A stretch of DNA of 64,000 bases from a virus. Where the stretch lies: positions 57,277 to 121,276 of IMG/VR virus record IMGVR_UViG_3300023174_000078; one strand, given 5' to 3'. Shown here in pieces: positions 16,542-26,030 of the stretch (position 1 is its first letter; each line of letters starts with the position of its first letter). The position numbers and the translations under genes are program-made. The notes below the pieces were generated by a model. That model saw nothing but the letters and a program-made list of their open reading frames with translations. It made no database searches and was not told the origin of the DNA.

Positions 16542-17581
16542 ATTTCCACGATAAGCTTCCACCGGAAGTTTACGCGATTAAAGAGCACCCTATCACTGAG
16601 GAGTTGTTTTTAGATAAGATTGATTGTTTTAATATACCGCACAAGAGATACGGTAATAATGACAGGTACGCCCAACGTATCTTGAACAGCTTCAAGCTAC
16701 GCAATCAAGCGACCGGTGTTCTCTTGTGTGGGGAGAAGGGGTCCGGTAAGTCGCTACTTGCCAAAACTCTAGCCAATATCGCGCAAGCAGAGGGGTTGCC
16801 AGTTATCGTGGTTAACACACCACGCACTGGTGACGCTTTCTTCCAGCTTATTCAGCGGATTGAGCAGCCCGCTATTATTCTCTTTGATGAGTTCGAGAAG
16901 GTGTACGACTCAGACAAACAGAAAGAAGTTCTGACGCTGCTTGACGGCATCTATCCGTCCAATAAATTGTATGTCTTCACGGTCAACGATAAGTGGAAGC
17001 TGGATGTGAACATGCGCAACCGCCCCGGACGTATTTTCTATTCCATTGACTACAAAGGCATCGAAGAAAAGTTTATTCGTGAGTACTGCGAAGACAATTT
17101 GAATGATAAGTCGCAGGTCGACCATATCGTTCGTATCAACACACTGTTCAGTGCGTTTAATTTTGATATGCTGCAGGCTTTGGTTGAGGAAATGAATCGT
17201 TATAATGAAGATCCATTTGAGGCGATTCAGTTGCTGAATATCAAACCCGAGTACGAAGATGCCACAACCTTCACTACGTTTATTTCCGTCGATGGTACGC
17301 CTGATTCGCATATCACATGTGACCGGGACTTTAATGGTAAGCCTTTGGGCGACCGTGTGAAAATCTATTACCATAAGTATAGGCGTCTGGATATTTCCAA
17401 GGAACACTGTGATAACGAAGCCGACTGGCTGTCCGCTGAGTTTGTTCCAACGGATTTGGTTTCCGTCAGTAAGGACGGTAAAACTTTCTTGTTTAAGAAT
17501 AGCAAAGGCGAATCTGTTACGCTGCAAGCTAAAAAGAGTGATACCGCATTCGATTACCGCACTTTCGCTTACGCGAGCTAG
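16481..17581 (+). CDS. AAA+ ATPase
   Basis: Walker A GEKGSGKS, Walker B ILFDEFEK, LLDG, RPGR arginine finger. Confidence 0.9.
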   Translation: MSTIFSIQGNTIFLRDPEAMNFHDKLPPEVYAIKEHPITEELFLDKIDCFNIPHKRYGNNDRYAQRILNSFKLRNQATGVLLCGEKGSGKSLLAKTLANIAQAEGLPVIVVNTPRTGDAFFQLIQRIEQPAIILFDEFEKVYDSDKQKEVLTLLDGIYPSNKLYVFTVNDKWKLDVNMRNRPGRIFYSIDYKGIEEKFIREYCEDNLNDKSQVDHIVRINTLFSAFNFDMLQALVEEMNRYNEDPFEAIQLLNIKPEYEDATTFTTFISVDGTPDSHITCDRDFNGKPLGDRVKIYYHKYRRLDISKEHCDNEADWLSAEFVPTDLVSVSKDGKTFLFKNSKGESVTLQAKKSDTAFDYRTFAYAS

Positions 17582-17628
17582 TGTGCATTAAAAACAAATC
17601 AAACAAATTAAACAAAAGTCATACAATC

Positions 17629-18666
17629 ATGGACGCGAAACAGCAAAAAGAAAAGATCTCCGAACTCACTCCTGAGCAAAAGGCTAAGATGCCAGAATAT
17701 GTTAAGAAGTGGATTGCTATCGGCAACGACACTTCCCGGTTGAATTATGATCGTACTGTCGACATCATTCATGCGGTTCAGAAGCACATCCTGAAGAAAG
17801 AACCTACTCCGGTTTTGATCTTTGATAACCCCATGGAGGCCTGGGTAGCGTGTAACTATGCCGCACACGGTCACAAGGTTAATGAACTCAAGAACTGTGT
17901 GGAGGAGTTCTTCAGTGGAAAGAAACCCAAGTGGAAACTTGGTCAGTATGTTTCACCCTATCTCAATGGGTCATTCGCAGCACCAACGTTCGCCTTCTAC
18001 GACTTTTTCAAGTTCGAGTTGGGCGTTTCGTTTGACACTACCGGTACGCCAGTCGCAGCTGCGCAAGACAACAGCGCGCTTAGCGTGGATGAACTGTATG
18101 AGATCTGGAAGAGCACCACAGAGCTTGGACTGATCTATCCAATTCACGACGTCCAAGGTGCAGCACAGGATATGTGTATCGTGTCTCAAAAACCATCGCG
18201 GGTAAAAGTTAATGAAGCCGGTGTCGTACACTGCGATGGCGCTGTTGCCATTGAGTACGAGGGGCATGGCGATATCAAGATTTATGCGCTCAATGGTGTG
18301 ACTGTTCCTGATTGGTTGGCTTTGACGCCAGCCCAGAACATCCCCGTCGAGCGGATACACGAAATTAAAAATGCAGACATTAAAGCCGAGTTTGTTCGCA
18401 AGATCGGTGTTGAGCGTTTGCTTGACATGGGAAGCAAAGTGGACTCTTATGAGGCTCATTCTGATGAGTGGTGGCACAAGTCGCAATACGAGCTTTGGGA
18501 TATGCACAACCTGTTTCCTAATGTTGAGTACGCCCCACACCTCAAGATGCTGAATCAGACGACCAAAATCTGGCACGTTGAGGCTGTATCTCCTAGTTGC
18601 AGAACAATCGAAGATGCGTTGAAAGACCGGTATGGTCGCAATGTTGACATCATTGAAATCGCCTAA
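17629..18666 (+). CDS. DUF6745-like protein (ATG at 17629 preferred over GTG at 17581)
   Basis: LTPEQ...Y..KW..IG N-terminus; FYDFF; G.VHCDGAVAIEY...YALNGVTVP; I.NAD..AE..RKIG. Confidence 0.7.
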   Translation: MDAKQQKEKISELTPEQKAKMPEYVKKWIAIGNDTSRLNYDRTVDIIHAVQKHILKKEPTPVLIFDNPMEAWVACNYAAHGHKVNELKNCVEEFFSGKKPKWKLGQYVSPYLNGSFAAPTFAFYDFFKFELGVSFDTTGTPVAAAQDNSALSVDELYEIWKSTTELGLIYPIHDVQGAAQDMCIVSQKPSRVKVNEAGVVHCDGAVAIEYEGHGDIKIYALNGVTVPDWLALTPAQNIPVERIHEIKNADIKAEFVRKIGVERLLDMGSKVDSYEAHSDEWWHKSQYELWDMHNLFPNVEYAPHLKMLNQTTKIWHVEAVSPSCRTIEDALKDRYGRNVDIIEIA

Positions 18667-18676
18667 ATAAATTACG

Positions 18677-18700
18677 GGGCAATAAATAAACCTATTGCCC
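18677..18700 (+). promoter_or_regulatory. Intergenic hairpin
   Basis: GGGCAATA-N8-TATTGCCC. Confidence 0.35.
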
Positions 18701-18746
18701 TATTTAAAAAAACAAAGCACCGTAACACAAATCAGACGCTAACAAC

Positions 18747-19115
18747 ATGTCAAAATCCAAAGCAACCAAGTCCAAAGTCAATTCCAACGCCGCGCGCGCA
18801 ATCCTTCACGGCGAGTGCGGTATCGTACAATCCCCCATCCCCGAGGATGCCACCGCCGTCAAGATCAAGGACAACTGCTTGATCCTGGCCGACTCCGAAA
18901 CCACGGGTAACCACCACGTTCTCGACGTCTTGCCGGGCGTTGAAGTCCTGGAGAAGGAAGGGAAGCGTTTTATGCGCAATTCCGTCCCCGCCCAGGTCCG
19001 CTGCTTACACACGGACCGGCACGATGCCCTCGTCGTACCCCCCGGTGAATGGGAGTTCATCATCGCTCAGGAGTTCGACTACTTCGAAATGAGCAAGCGC
19101 AATGTCCGCGACTAA
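18747..19115 (+). CDS. His-motif beta-rich phage protein (ETTGNHH); probable partner of the DUF6745-like gene
   Basis: HGE, LADSETTGNHHVL, H..H..L.VPPG.W...Q.E.D.....R.VRD; visibly GC-rich codons. Confidence 0.7.
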   Translation: MSKSKATKSKVNSNAARAILHGECGIVQSPIPEDATAVKIKDNCLILADSETTGNHHVLDVLPGVEVLEKEGKRFMRNSVPAQVRCLHTDRHDALVVPPGEWEFIIAQEFDYFEMSKRNVRD

Positions 19116-19282
19116 GCTCCTGGACTCGCTCTTGCTCGAGCTTGAGGATACTTGGGGATATACCCGGGAAGAACTCAGTGATATTCAAGATAAGCTGCTA
19201 GTGTTTGCTAGCACTGTTTCTATTAGTACGACTATGTCCGAAGAAGTGCAGAAATTAGCTGAAGACTTATAATTGATTATGC

Positions 19283-19314
19283 GCCCAGGTGTTGTGTAAA
19301 TGCAGCACCTGGGC
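19283..19314 (+). terminator. Hairpin, probable terminator
   Basis: GCCCAGGTGTTG...CAGCACCTGGGC. Confidence 0.45.
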
Positions 19315-19329
19315 CTTATCAAATAGTGC

Positions 19330-19635
19330 TTGCGTCTATTTTTTTATTTATTAGCAGCCTTCTGTTCCGTTATGAGTAGTAATGTAATCAAAAAAGAAAC
19401 TAAATTTGCGTACAGACACAGGCCCACAGGTAATTGGGTAGTGTTTGATTTTTTTATTTTTAATGAACCATACCTCTTTTTGGTTGATGAATTTGTTCCG
19501 GCGGCTGCTTACAGCGCGAGGAATGTCATCGAAGAAGACTTTGATCGTAGCATATTACGCGCGCTTACGTTACAATCCAAAAATAAAGAAGATTTTGACT
19601 TGTTAGAGATCGAAGTTCAATATACTATTAATTGA
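19330..19635 (+). CDS. Hypothetical protein (start probably at MSSNV)
   Basis: ORF. Confidence 0.5.
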   Translation: MRLFFYLLAAFCSVMSSNVIKKETKFAYRHRPTGNWVVFDFFIFNEPYLFLVDEFVPAAAYSARNVIEEDFDRSILRALTLQSKNKEDFDLLEIEVQYTIN

Positions 19636-19636
19636 T

Positions 19637-19970
19637 ATGACTGAAAAAGAATTCATTGTGTGGTTGCATGGCTATTTAGAAATTAGTGGTGCAAAGACCT
19701 TAGGCGAAAAAGAATTACAGGTGATTCGAGATCATCTGGATAAATTCTTTGTTAAAGTTACACCTGACCGCAGTACCCCAACGGATATCCCAGATTCCCC
19801 CGGTATTAATTTACCGCATGTTACGTGGCCGCAACCTTCGACTACACCGTTACCTTATATTTACACCGTTACCTTATATTCCAACTCTGCCTTTCCAACC
19901 TTGGCCTTGGGCTGATCCGACAAAAATTATTTGCACGACCGCAACTGACGGGACTCAAACCTATTGTTGA
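19637..19970 (+). pseudogene. Phage protein frameshifted by a 19-bp tandem duplication
   Basis: WLHGYLE..I.DHL..F.KVTP N-terminus; TACACCGTTACCTTATATT at 19843-19861 repeated at 19862-19880. Confidence 0.65.
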
Positions 19971-19984
19971 TTTGTATCTAGCGT

Positions 19985-20875
19985 ATGGCCATTGTTTTTT
20001 ACATCAGAGGGTTGTTTCATGAGAACAACCTCACGACTCATTCTGGTGTAGATAACAAAATATATTATGATATCTTTAATAAGATATACAACTACGATAT
20101 TCTGCAGTACAGAAGAGAAGTAAATGAAATACAAAGAATAAATTTAGCGCAAATTGGATGCCGTGTTATCGTGAACGCACATCCGTATGCGCCTCAGCCA
20201 TTGGCGCAGCGTCCGTCTTATGTCGTGATTCCGAGTTATGTGCATGACCAGCTCATGTCATTAGCTGACGATGATATACTCATTCCTTTAGATGATGACG
20301 ATTGGATTTCGCCTGCTATCCTAGATTATCCTTTTGACGTTGACGCGCTTAATATTTGGGGTGCTGGTTGTGTAATGAAAAAAGCGCCACATTACAGCCC
20401 TATATCTATTTGTGATCCTTTAAGTGTCGATGCTGATTTGCGGGATCCTGAAAACATAAAAATATGTCGCAGTCTTTTATCTAATTGTTACGGTGTACCG
20501 GCCAAATTCATTAAATCTCTAATTACAAATACACATATTCGTGAACGTAATTACAGATTGAAAGAGATACTACAGCGGCATTCATTGGTGCGGTCAACTA
20601 TCCGCACGCATAAAATTATCAGTAAAGAAAATATACAGCCTGTTCATTTGGCTGTATATGTGCGCCACCTTGGTAACATCACATCATTAAAACAGTGGGT
20701 AACATTGGGTACAGACATTGATCAGATAAAAGCTTTGGTTACTGCTCAACTCGGTAAGCATATACTTAATACAGTGACTGATAGCAGTCTGTGGTTTTCC
20801 GAATATCAGAATAAACTAATTGATTTGAACACGTATGTAATAAACAATATGCGAAACAATATGCGCCTGTCATAA
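19985..20875 (+). CDS. Putative glycosyltransferase-like protein
   Basis: LIPLDDDDW acidic motif; YVRH.GN. Confidence 0.45.
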   Translation: MAIVFYIRGLFHENNLTTHSGVDNKIYYDIFNKIYNYDILQYRREVNEIQRINLAQIGCRVIVNAHPYAPQPLAQRPSYVVIPSYVHDQLMSLADDDILIPLDDDDWISPAILDYPFDVDALNIWGAGCVMKKAPHYSPISICDPLSVDADLRDPENIKICRSLLSNCYGVPAKFIKSLITNTHIRERNYRLKEILQRHSLVRSTIRTHKIISKENIQPVHLAVYVRHLGNITSLKQWVTLGTDIDQIKALVTAQLGKHILNTVTDSSLWFSEYQNKLIDLNTYVINNMRNNMRLS

Positions 20876-20880
20876 TAATT

Positions 20881-20955
20881 GCCTTCGTAGCTCAGTGGTA
20901 GAGCGGCTACTTTGTAAGTAGCGGGTCGGGGGTTCGAATCCCTCCGCAGGCTCCA
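20881..20955 (+). tRNA. tRNA-Thr(UGU)
   Basis: GCTAC-TT-TGT-AA-GTAGC anticodon arm, GGTTCGAATCC T-arm, CCA end. Confidence 0.92.
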
Positions 20956-20956
20956 T

Positions 20957-21031
20957 GCTCCGGTAGCTCAATGGTAGAGCAGTACCCTTTTAAGGTATTT
21001 GTTGCAGGTTCGAGCCCTTCCCGGAGTACCA
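20957..21031 (+). tRNA. tRNA-Lys(UUU)
   Basis: GTACC-CT-TTT-AA-GGTAT anticodon arm, T-loop TTCGAGC, CCA end. Confidence 0.88.
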
Positions 21032-21074
21032 TTTTTCATTGGCGTATCGCCAAGAACAAAGTAGAGTAACATAT

Positions 21075-21149
21075 TCCCGGGTAGCTCAGCGGTAGAGCGA
21101 ACGGCTGTTAACCGTTAAGTCGTAGGTTCAAGCCCTACCCTGGGAGCCA
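21075..21149 (+). tRNA. tRNA-Asn(GUU)
   Basis: AACGG-CT-GTT-AA-CCGTT anticodon arm; TCCCGGG/CCTGGGA acceptor; G73, CCA. Confidence 0.92.
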
Positions 21150-21167
21150 ATAATTTATTTTAATTTT

Positions 21168-21629
21168 ATGCCTGCAATCAAAACATACGATAGAAACCAT
21201 GTATTAAAGACCATTGGCGCGCACGGTATTAGGTTAAATGGTGTTTGCTTAATGGACGCCGAATATGTTTACCTGGATGCAAACAAAGTGGAGCAATTTT
21301 TTTGGGAGTTATCCATGCAGGTGATTTCTACGTTGCAAAGCTGGCAGGAAAACTACCGAGATTGCGACAAGTATTCTCGTGTCGTGCAGGCATTAGGACA
21401 AATGTCCCACGCATTACAATGGGGCGATAAACAGAGTAAACCAGCCGGACTAGCGTTGGGTGTGTTTAACTATGTAGATAAAAAAATAGGCCCGCACTCC
21501 ATTAATTGTGCCATTGTCAAAACGCCCGACAAAGATGAATTTAAATTAAAGTTTTTCGAACCACAATCCGCTAAAGAGATAGCGCTGACACCCGCAGAAA
21601 TTCAAAGCACCTTTTTAATTTTGTTATGA
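21168..21629 (+). CDS. Putative papain/transglutaminase-like protein (agglutinin C-terminal type)
   Basis: DCDKYS...HSINC...FFEPQ Cys-His-Glu pattern. Confidence 0.55.
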   Translation: MPAIKTYDRNHVLKTIGAHGIRLNGVCLMDAEYVYLDANKVEQFFWELSMQVISTLQSWQENYRDCDKYSRVVQALGQMSHALQWGDKQSKPAGLALGVFNYVDKKIGPHSINCAIVKTPDKDEFKLKFFEPQSAKEIALTPAEIQSTFLILL

Positions 21630-21752
21630 AAAAGTATATCATTTCCTTGTTGTGTTTATTTACCGTCGCATCCTGCGTGCAGAGAGAAGAGGTTAAGTTC
21701 AAGTTACCTAATGTTCCTTACGCTATATCCGGAAAAGCAGCTATGAGTAAAC

Positions 21753-22199
21753 ATGAGTTTACGTTTCCGGTTGTACCTTATGCCAAATAAAAATAATAAA
21801 GAGCTGATACAAGATTTAAGTATGCAAGTGCAGCAGTTGCTTGCTGCGTTAAATGAGAGCCGCCGCTATGCGGATAAGTTAGTTGAACACATTCCTTACT
21901 TACCGGCGGACATAGAAAATTTGAGGGCTGCTAATTTACAGTTTTCCAACGAGCTAGCCGATCTAAAAAAAGAAAATGAAGAGCTTTGTCTTTTAATTAA
22001 GCCCGCACTGGAAGTAGCCAGGCAGTTTACATTATCAGACGAGTTTCCCGGGCCCTATAGGTTGGAGATCACGCCTACAATTTATCAGATATACAGTCAG
22101 TCCGGTGATATTGTAGCCTCCACGCGTTATTCTGATTTTGCTACGTTCATTTTGAACATGCTGAATGCGGTGGACAAACATATCGCTTTAGGCGATTAG
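21753..22199 (+). CDS. Hypothetical coiled-coil protein
   Basis: ORF. Confidence 0.55.
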   Translation: MSLRFRLYLMPNKNNKELIQDLSMQVQQLLAALNESRRYADKLVEHIPYLPADIENLRAANLQFSNELADLKKENEELCLLIKPALEVARQFTLSDEFPGPYRLEITPTIYQIYSQSGDIVASTRYSDFATFILNMLNAVDKHIALGD

Positions 22200-22406
22200 T
22201 ACACCACATCTCGGTAGGCCTCTCCAAGACGCCCACTTTATCGGGTCCTTTAAAAATAGGGTAAGCTACAAATAAACAAAAAGCTGAACCGCCTCGCATT
22301 TATATATTCCCTGCGGCCTGATCAACCGAATACAGTATATGCTTGCGAGGTTTTTTATTTTTGCTCTTTACAAGGTCTGACTTTTCTCTATAGAAGGTAA
22401 GACCTT

Positions 22407-24161
22407 ATGAGCTATAAAATATCCCTCTTACATGCGACGCGTGGTCGCGCCCTGCAAGCTAAAGAATGTCGTGATGCGTGGATGAGCGCCGCAAAGCATC
22501 CTGAAGACATTGAGCATATCTTTGGTATAGACGATGATGACATCGACAGTCTAACCAACATTAATACGCAAAGAGTTATTGCGGAACGCGGTAAGGGCTG
22601 CGTCGCAGCTTGGAACGCTTGCGCGAAAGCCAGTAAGGGTGATATCCTAATTCAGTTGTCGGATGACTGGGAACCCACAAAGAATTGGGATGTGGATATT
22701 CTGCGCGAATTTGAGGATGCTAAGGGGGAGCGTGTGCTAGCCATATCGGACGGGCATCGTACTGATGACCTGCTGTGTATGGCAATACTGAATAGGGCGC
22801 GGTACGAAAAGCAGGGATACCTGTTTCACCCTGAATTCTTCAGTGTTTACAGCGATAATTATTTTACTTGGGCGGCTACCAAGGACGGTGTCATAAAAGA
22901 TTCTAGACATATTGTTTTCGAGCACAAACATCCTGTGTTCAACAAGGCAGAATGGGATCCTACATATTTAGCAAGTAACGCGCAGCAAAATTATGTGCAG
23001 GGGCATGGTAAATTCTTGGAACTTACACGCCCGGCAGGATCTAAGATTTGCTTGGCGATGATTGTAAAGAATGAAATGCATAACATGCGTAAGTGTTTGG
23101 AGTCTGTTAAAGACGTCATTAATTACTGGGTAATTTGCGATACAGGATCTACAGATGGTACACAGCAATTCATTAAAGATCTGATGACCGAATGGAATAT
23201 TCCGGGGGAGCTTCATGAGAGACCCTGGGTAGACTTCGCAACGAACAGAACAGAATCTTTGCAGCTCGCCCGCGATAAGGGCGATTACACACTGGTAATG
23301 GACGCTGATGATTATCTGGAAGTACAGGGGGACATAAGTGCACTGCGTAATTTAAAGTTTGATCAGTATCACCTCAAGATCACGCATGGTGCGCTTGCGT
23401 ACAGCCGCGTGCAGCTAGTACGTAACGAATATGAATGGAAGTATGTAGGTGTGCTGCATGAGTATCTAGACGGTCCTAAAGACATTAAGCTGTTTCCTGC
23501 TGTTGTTCTTAACAATGTTATTATTCGTGCGTCGGCATCTGATACCAGGAACGGATTTTCAGGGTCTAAAAAGTATATTAGTGATGCTTTAATTTTAGAG
23601 AAAGCATTACTCGATGACTCCATTGACCCCGGTCTCCGCTCACGTTATTTCTTTTACTTAGCGCAAAGTTACAGAGACGCGGGCGCGCATGAGCGTGCTA
23701 TTGTAGCGTATAAGCAGCGCGTAGATCTGGGTGGTTGGGATGAAGAGGTATACTACTCTAATTACATGATTGCGCGTCTTAAGGTTTTAATGAATTATAA
23801 GGAGGAAGAAATCATCAACTCTTTCTTGAAGGCCTGGGAAAGCCGACCTGGTCGCGTAGACGCTTTATTTGACCTGATAATTTATTTAAGAGGACAAGAG
23901 CGATTCGCGCTTGCGTGGGCGCTTGTTTCCATAGGTGTTAAAATTCCGCCGACCAACGACAATTTATTCGTGCGATTTGAGATTCAACAATGGAGAATGT
24001 TAGATGAGTATTCTATTTTAGCCGCGCGTACAGGAAATAAGGAAGAGGCAATTCGTGCCGCTAAAACCTTGCTAGAAAGTCCGTTGTCTGCCAAGCTAAT
24101 TCCAGAGAATGAAAGAGAAAGAATAGATAAGAACTTAATAGAGTTTAACAAACTACCATGA
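22407..24161 (+). CDS. Fused double GT2 glycosyltransferase with TPR tail
   Basis: Domain 1 HATRGR..QLSDDW..YSDN; domain 2 MIVKNE..DTGSTDGT..DADD..GVLHE; TPR YLAQSYRD. Confidence 0.85.
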   Translation: MSYKISLLHATRGRALQAKECRDAWMSAAKHPEDIEHIFGIDDDDIDSLTNINTQRVIAERGKGCVAAWNACAKASKGDILIQLSDDWEPTKNWDVDILREFEDAKGERVLAISDGHRTDDLLCMAILNRARYEKQGYLFHPEFFSVYSDNYFTWAATKDGVIKDSRHIVFEHKHPVFNKAEWDPTYLASNAQQNYVQGHGKFLELTRPAGSKICLAMIVKNEMHNMRKCLESVKDVINYWVICDTGSTDGTQQFIKDLMTEWNIPGELHERPWVDFATNRTESLQLARDKGDYTLVMDADDYLEVQGDISALRNLKFDQYHLKITHGALAYSRVQLVRNEYEWKYVGVLHEYLDGPKDIKLFPAVVLNNVIIRASASDTRNGFSGSKKYISDALILEKALLDDSIDPGLRSRYFFYLAQSYRDAGAHERAIVAYKQRVDLGGWDEEVYYSNYMIARLKVLMNYKEEEIINSFLKAWESRPGRVDALFDLIIYLRGQERFALAWALVSIGVKIPPTNDNLFVRFEIQQWRMLDEYSILAARTGNKEEAIRAAKTLLESPLSAKLIPENERERIDKNLIEFNKLP

Positions 24162-24799
24162 CAAAACAGGACATTCACAAAATTCGCAAGTGCGTAGGTA
24201 TCTACGATAAATTAATTAAGTATTTAGAAATCAAAGGTTTGTTGTACAAGCGCCCAGAAGCTGAAACGCTAAAAGGGTGGCGCAGCTGGAAGAGTAAAGT
24301 TAAGGCCCAGTATCCCATTCAATACTTCATCCGCGAATCATTTGATTCTGTGAAGTATTATATTGCACACAGGTTTACAAATATAAAATACTATGTGAGA
24401 ACTTTTTTGTTTCCAGAGAATCAGATGATCCGAAAAACCATCCCTAAGCGGGGACATGATTTAGTATACTTAATTCCTCTGATGAATTTCGCGGCTATTA
24501 CGCAGTTCAAAGAAGAAGCGGATAAGTCATGCGTAGATTGGGATGCGCATGAGGAGCATAGGGAATTTAAACAATGGTTAGACGCCTCTGCTTTATGGAT
24601 TCAAGAAGGCAAAAACAGACTAGAAAAAGAATTATCTGCCGCGTATCCTGAAATGGATATAGATAAAATTTTCTCAGGCGAAGTAATCAATTACGAAGAG
24701 ACTTACCGCGAAGTAAATCGCATAGAAGCTGTAATTGCGCAGACTGAAGAAGATATTCTTTTGCAGATGGTGAAGTACAGAAATTACTTCTGGACTTAA
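24158..24799 (+). CDS. Hypothetical phage protein
   Basis: 213-aa ORF ending YFWT. Confidence 0.65.
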   Translation: MTKQDIHKIRKCVGIYDKLIKYLEIKGLLYKRPEAETLKGWRSWKSKVKAQYPIQYFIRESFDSVKYYIAHRFTNIKYYVRTFLFPENQMIRKTIPKRGHDLVYLIPLMNFAAITQFKEEADKSCVDWDAHEEHREFKQWLDASALWIQEGKNRLEKELSAAYPEMDIDKIFSGEVINYEETYREVNRIEAVIAQTEEDILLQMVKYRNYFWT

Positions 24800-25039
24800 T
24801 TATTTGAAAGACAGCCGCACCTCCAATTCCCGGTAGCGACGATCAGAGTGCCATACTTCATCTTTCTCCGCTGTATACAGCCCTTCTTTAGTCAGAACTT
24901 TTGTTCCTGCTCGTATAGCTAAAATAGGTGGCTGATGCACGCTCCCAAGCACGTTCCCTCTCTTGAAGTGCGAGCAGGAGACCATCGGCACGATCTGTAG
25001 CAACAGTAGTAGCCTGGTTACGTAATTGTGTGATTTCAT
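24800..25039 (-). CDS. Putative o-spanin (Rz1-like lipoprotein)
   Basis: Hydrophobic leader plus MVSC lipobox; overlaps the 3' end of the i-spanin gene in another frame. Confidence 0.55.
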   Translation of the reverse strand: MKSHNYVTRLLLLLQIVPMVSCSHFKRGNVLGSVHQPPILAIRAGTKVLTKEGLYTAEKDEVWHSDRRYRELEVRLSFK

Positions 25040-25196
25040 AGCGTGTCTTGTCTTTGTACTCTAAATGTTTCGCAGTAGCTTCTAGGAAATTGGTTTCTCT
25101 TTTTAATTCTAGGAACGCTACGACGGCTTTGAGTGTGTACTTTAACAGATCAATTATAGATATGATCGCATTCATTTCTTTGGAGCTATTGCGCAA
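24888..25196 (-). CDS. Putative i-spanin (Rz-like)
   Basis: N-terminal hydrophobic segment plus coiled coil, immediately after the endolysin. Confidence 0.55.
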   Translation of the reverse strand: MRNSSKEMNAIISIIDLLKYTLKAVVAFLELKRETNFLEATAKHLEYKDKTRYEITQLRNQATTVATDRADGLLLALQERERAWERASATYFSYTSRNKSSD

Positions 25197-25942
25197 AGTT
25201 CTTTGATCGGGGCTACGGTAGCTTTCTGCGTATTATCGTAATAAGCATTTTCCAGCCACTCTGTACCGAAATAGAATAAGTTGTCTTCATCTTTTTTTAG
25301 TAATTTCGTGATGTCCTCAGAACTATAATGTTTAACATCCTGAAGATACTCAGCAACTTTGACGAATTGCATTTCAAGTACTGGGTTTTGAACTGGCTTA
25401 ATATCTAGCGTCTTTGTATCAGCGGCGCGTATAAGATCTAGAACCCAAGGCTTTTGCACCTGCCTTCCAGGGCAAGTCTTTGATGTTTTTGGATCATCTC
25501 TATGAAATAGAACTGTATTGTAATTCGGTTCCAGATTTAACCAGCGCAGGATTTTTGCAGTAGCTGCTGCAGTAGTTTTCCAGCATTCTAGCCCGCGTCC
25601 TTTGTTAGGCAATTCTGTATCGTAATCTCCAAGCACTTCTATGCCTATAGTGCTGCGATTGAATGAAACAGCATGAACGCCTTTTAGATTAGGTGGCGTC
25701 ATACCGAAAATTTCATTTTCATCAATAAAGAAATGAGGACCTGCGCTCCACTCTTTATTTTTGTAAAAAGCTTCTATGTTGCGGATATGCTGGCCGAGTA
25801 ACCCCTGGGGTCGCATAGATAATGAAGGGGCCGCAGTATGATGCAGGCATACGCCTTTACACCAGCTAGGCTTCTCGACACTGTTTAAGTAAGCATCAAA
25901 ACTCTCTAACGACCACACTTTACCTACATTCGCGTAACTCAT
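25172..25942 (-). CDS. Endolysin, N-acetylmuramoyl-L-alanine amidase (Amidase_2)
   Basis: LHHT, GPHFFID, GVHA..N..IGIE, FHRD...KTCPG. Confidence 0.88.
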   Translation of the reverse strand: MSYANVGKVWSLESFDAYLNSVEKPSWCKGVCLHHTAAPSLSMRPQGLLGQHIRNIEAFYKNKEWSAGPHFFIDENEIFGMTPPNLKGVHAVSFNRSTIGIEVLGDYDTELPNKGRGLECWKTTAAATAKILRWLNLEPNYNTVLFHRDDPKTSKTCPGRQVQKPWVLDLIRAADTKTLDIKPVQNPVLEMQFVKVAEYLQDVKHYSSEDITKLLKKDEDNLFYFGTEWLENAYYDNTQKATVAPIKELCAIAPKK

Positions 25943-25980
25943 ATAGCCGCTAATTTACATCTGCGTCGGTGTGTGTAAAC

Positions 25981-26014
25981 AAAAAAGCTGCGTCACCTTT
26001 CGATGACGCAGCTT
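25981..26014 (-). terminator. Intrinsic terminator between holin and endolysin genes
   Basis: AAGCTGCGTCA/TGACGCAGCTT stem followed by a T-run on the minus strand. Confidence 0.7.
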
Positions 26015-26030
26015 GTGGATATTTTGTATC

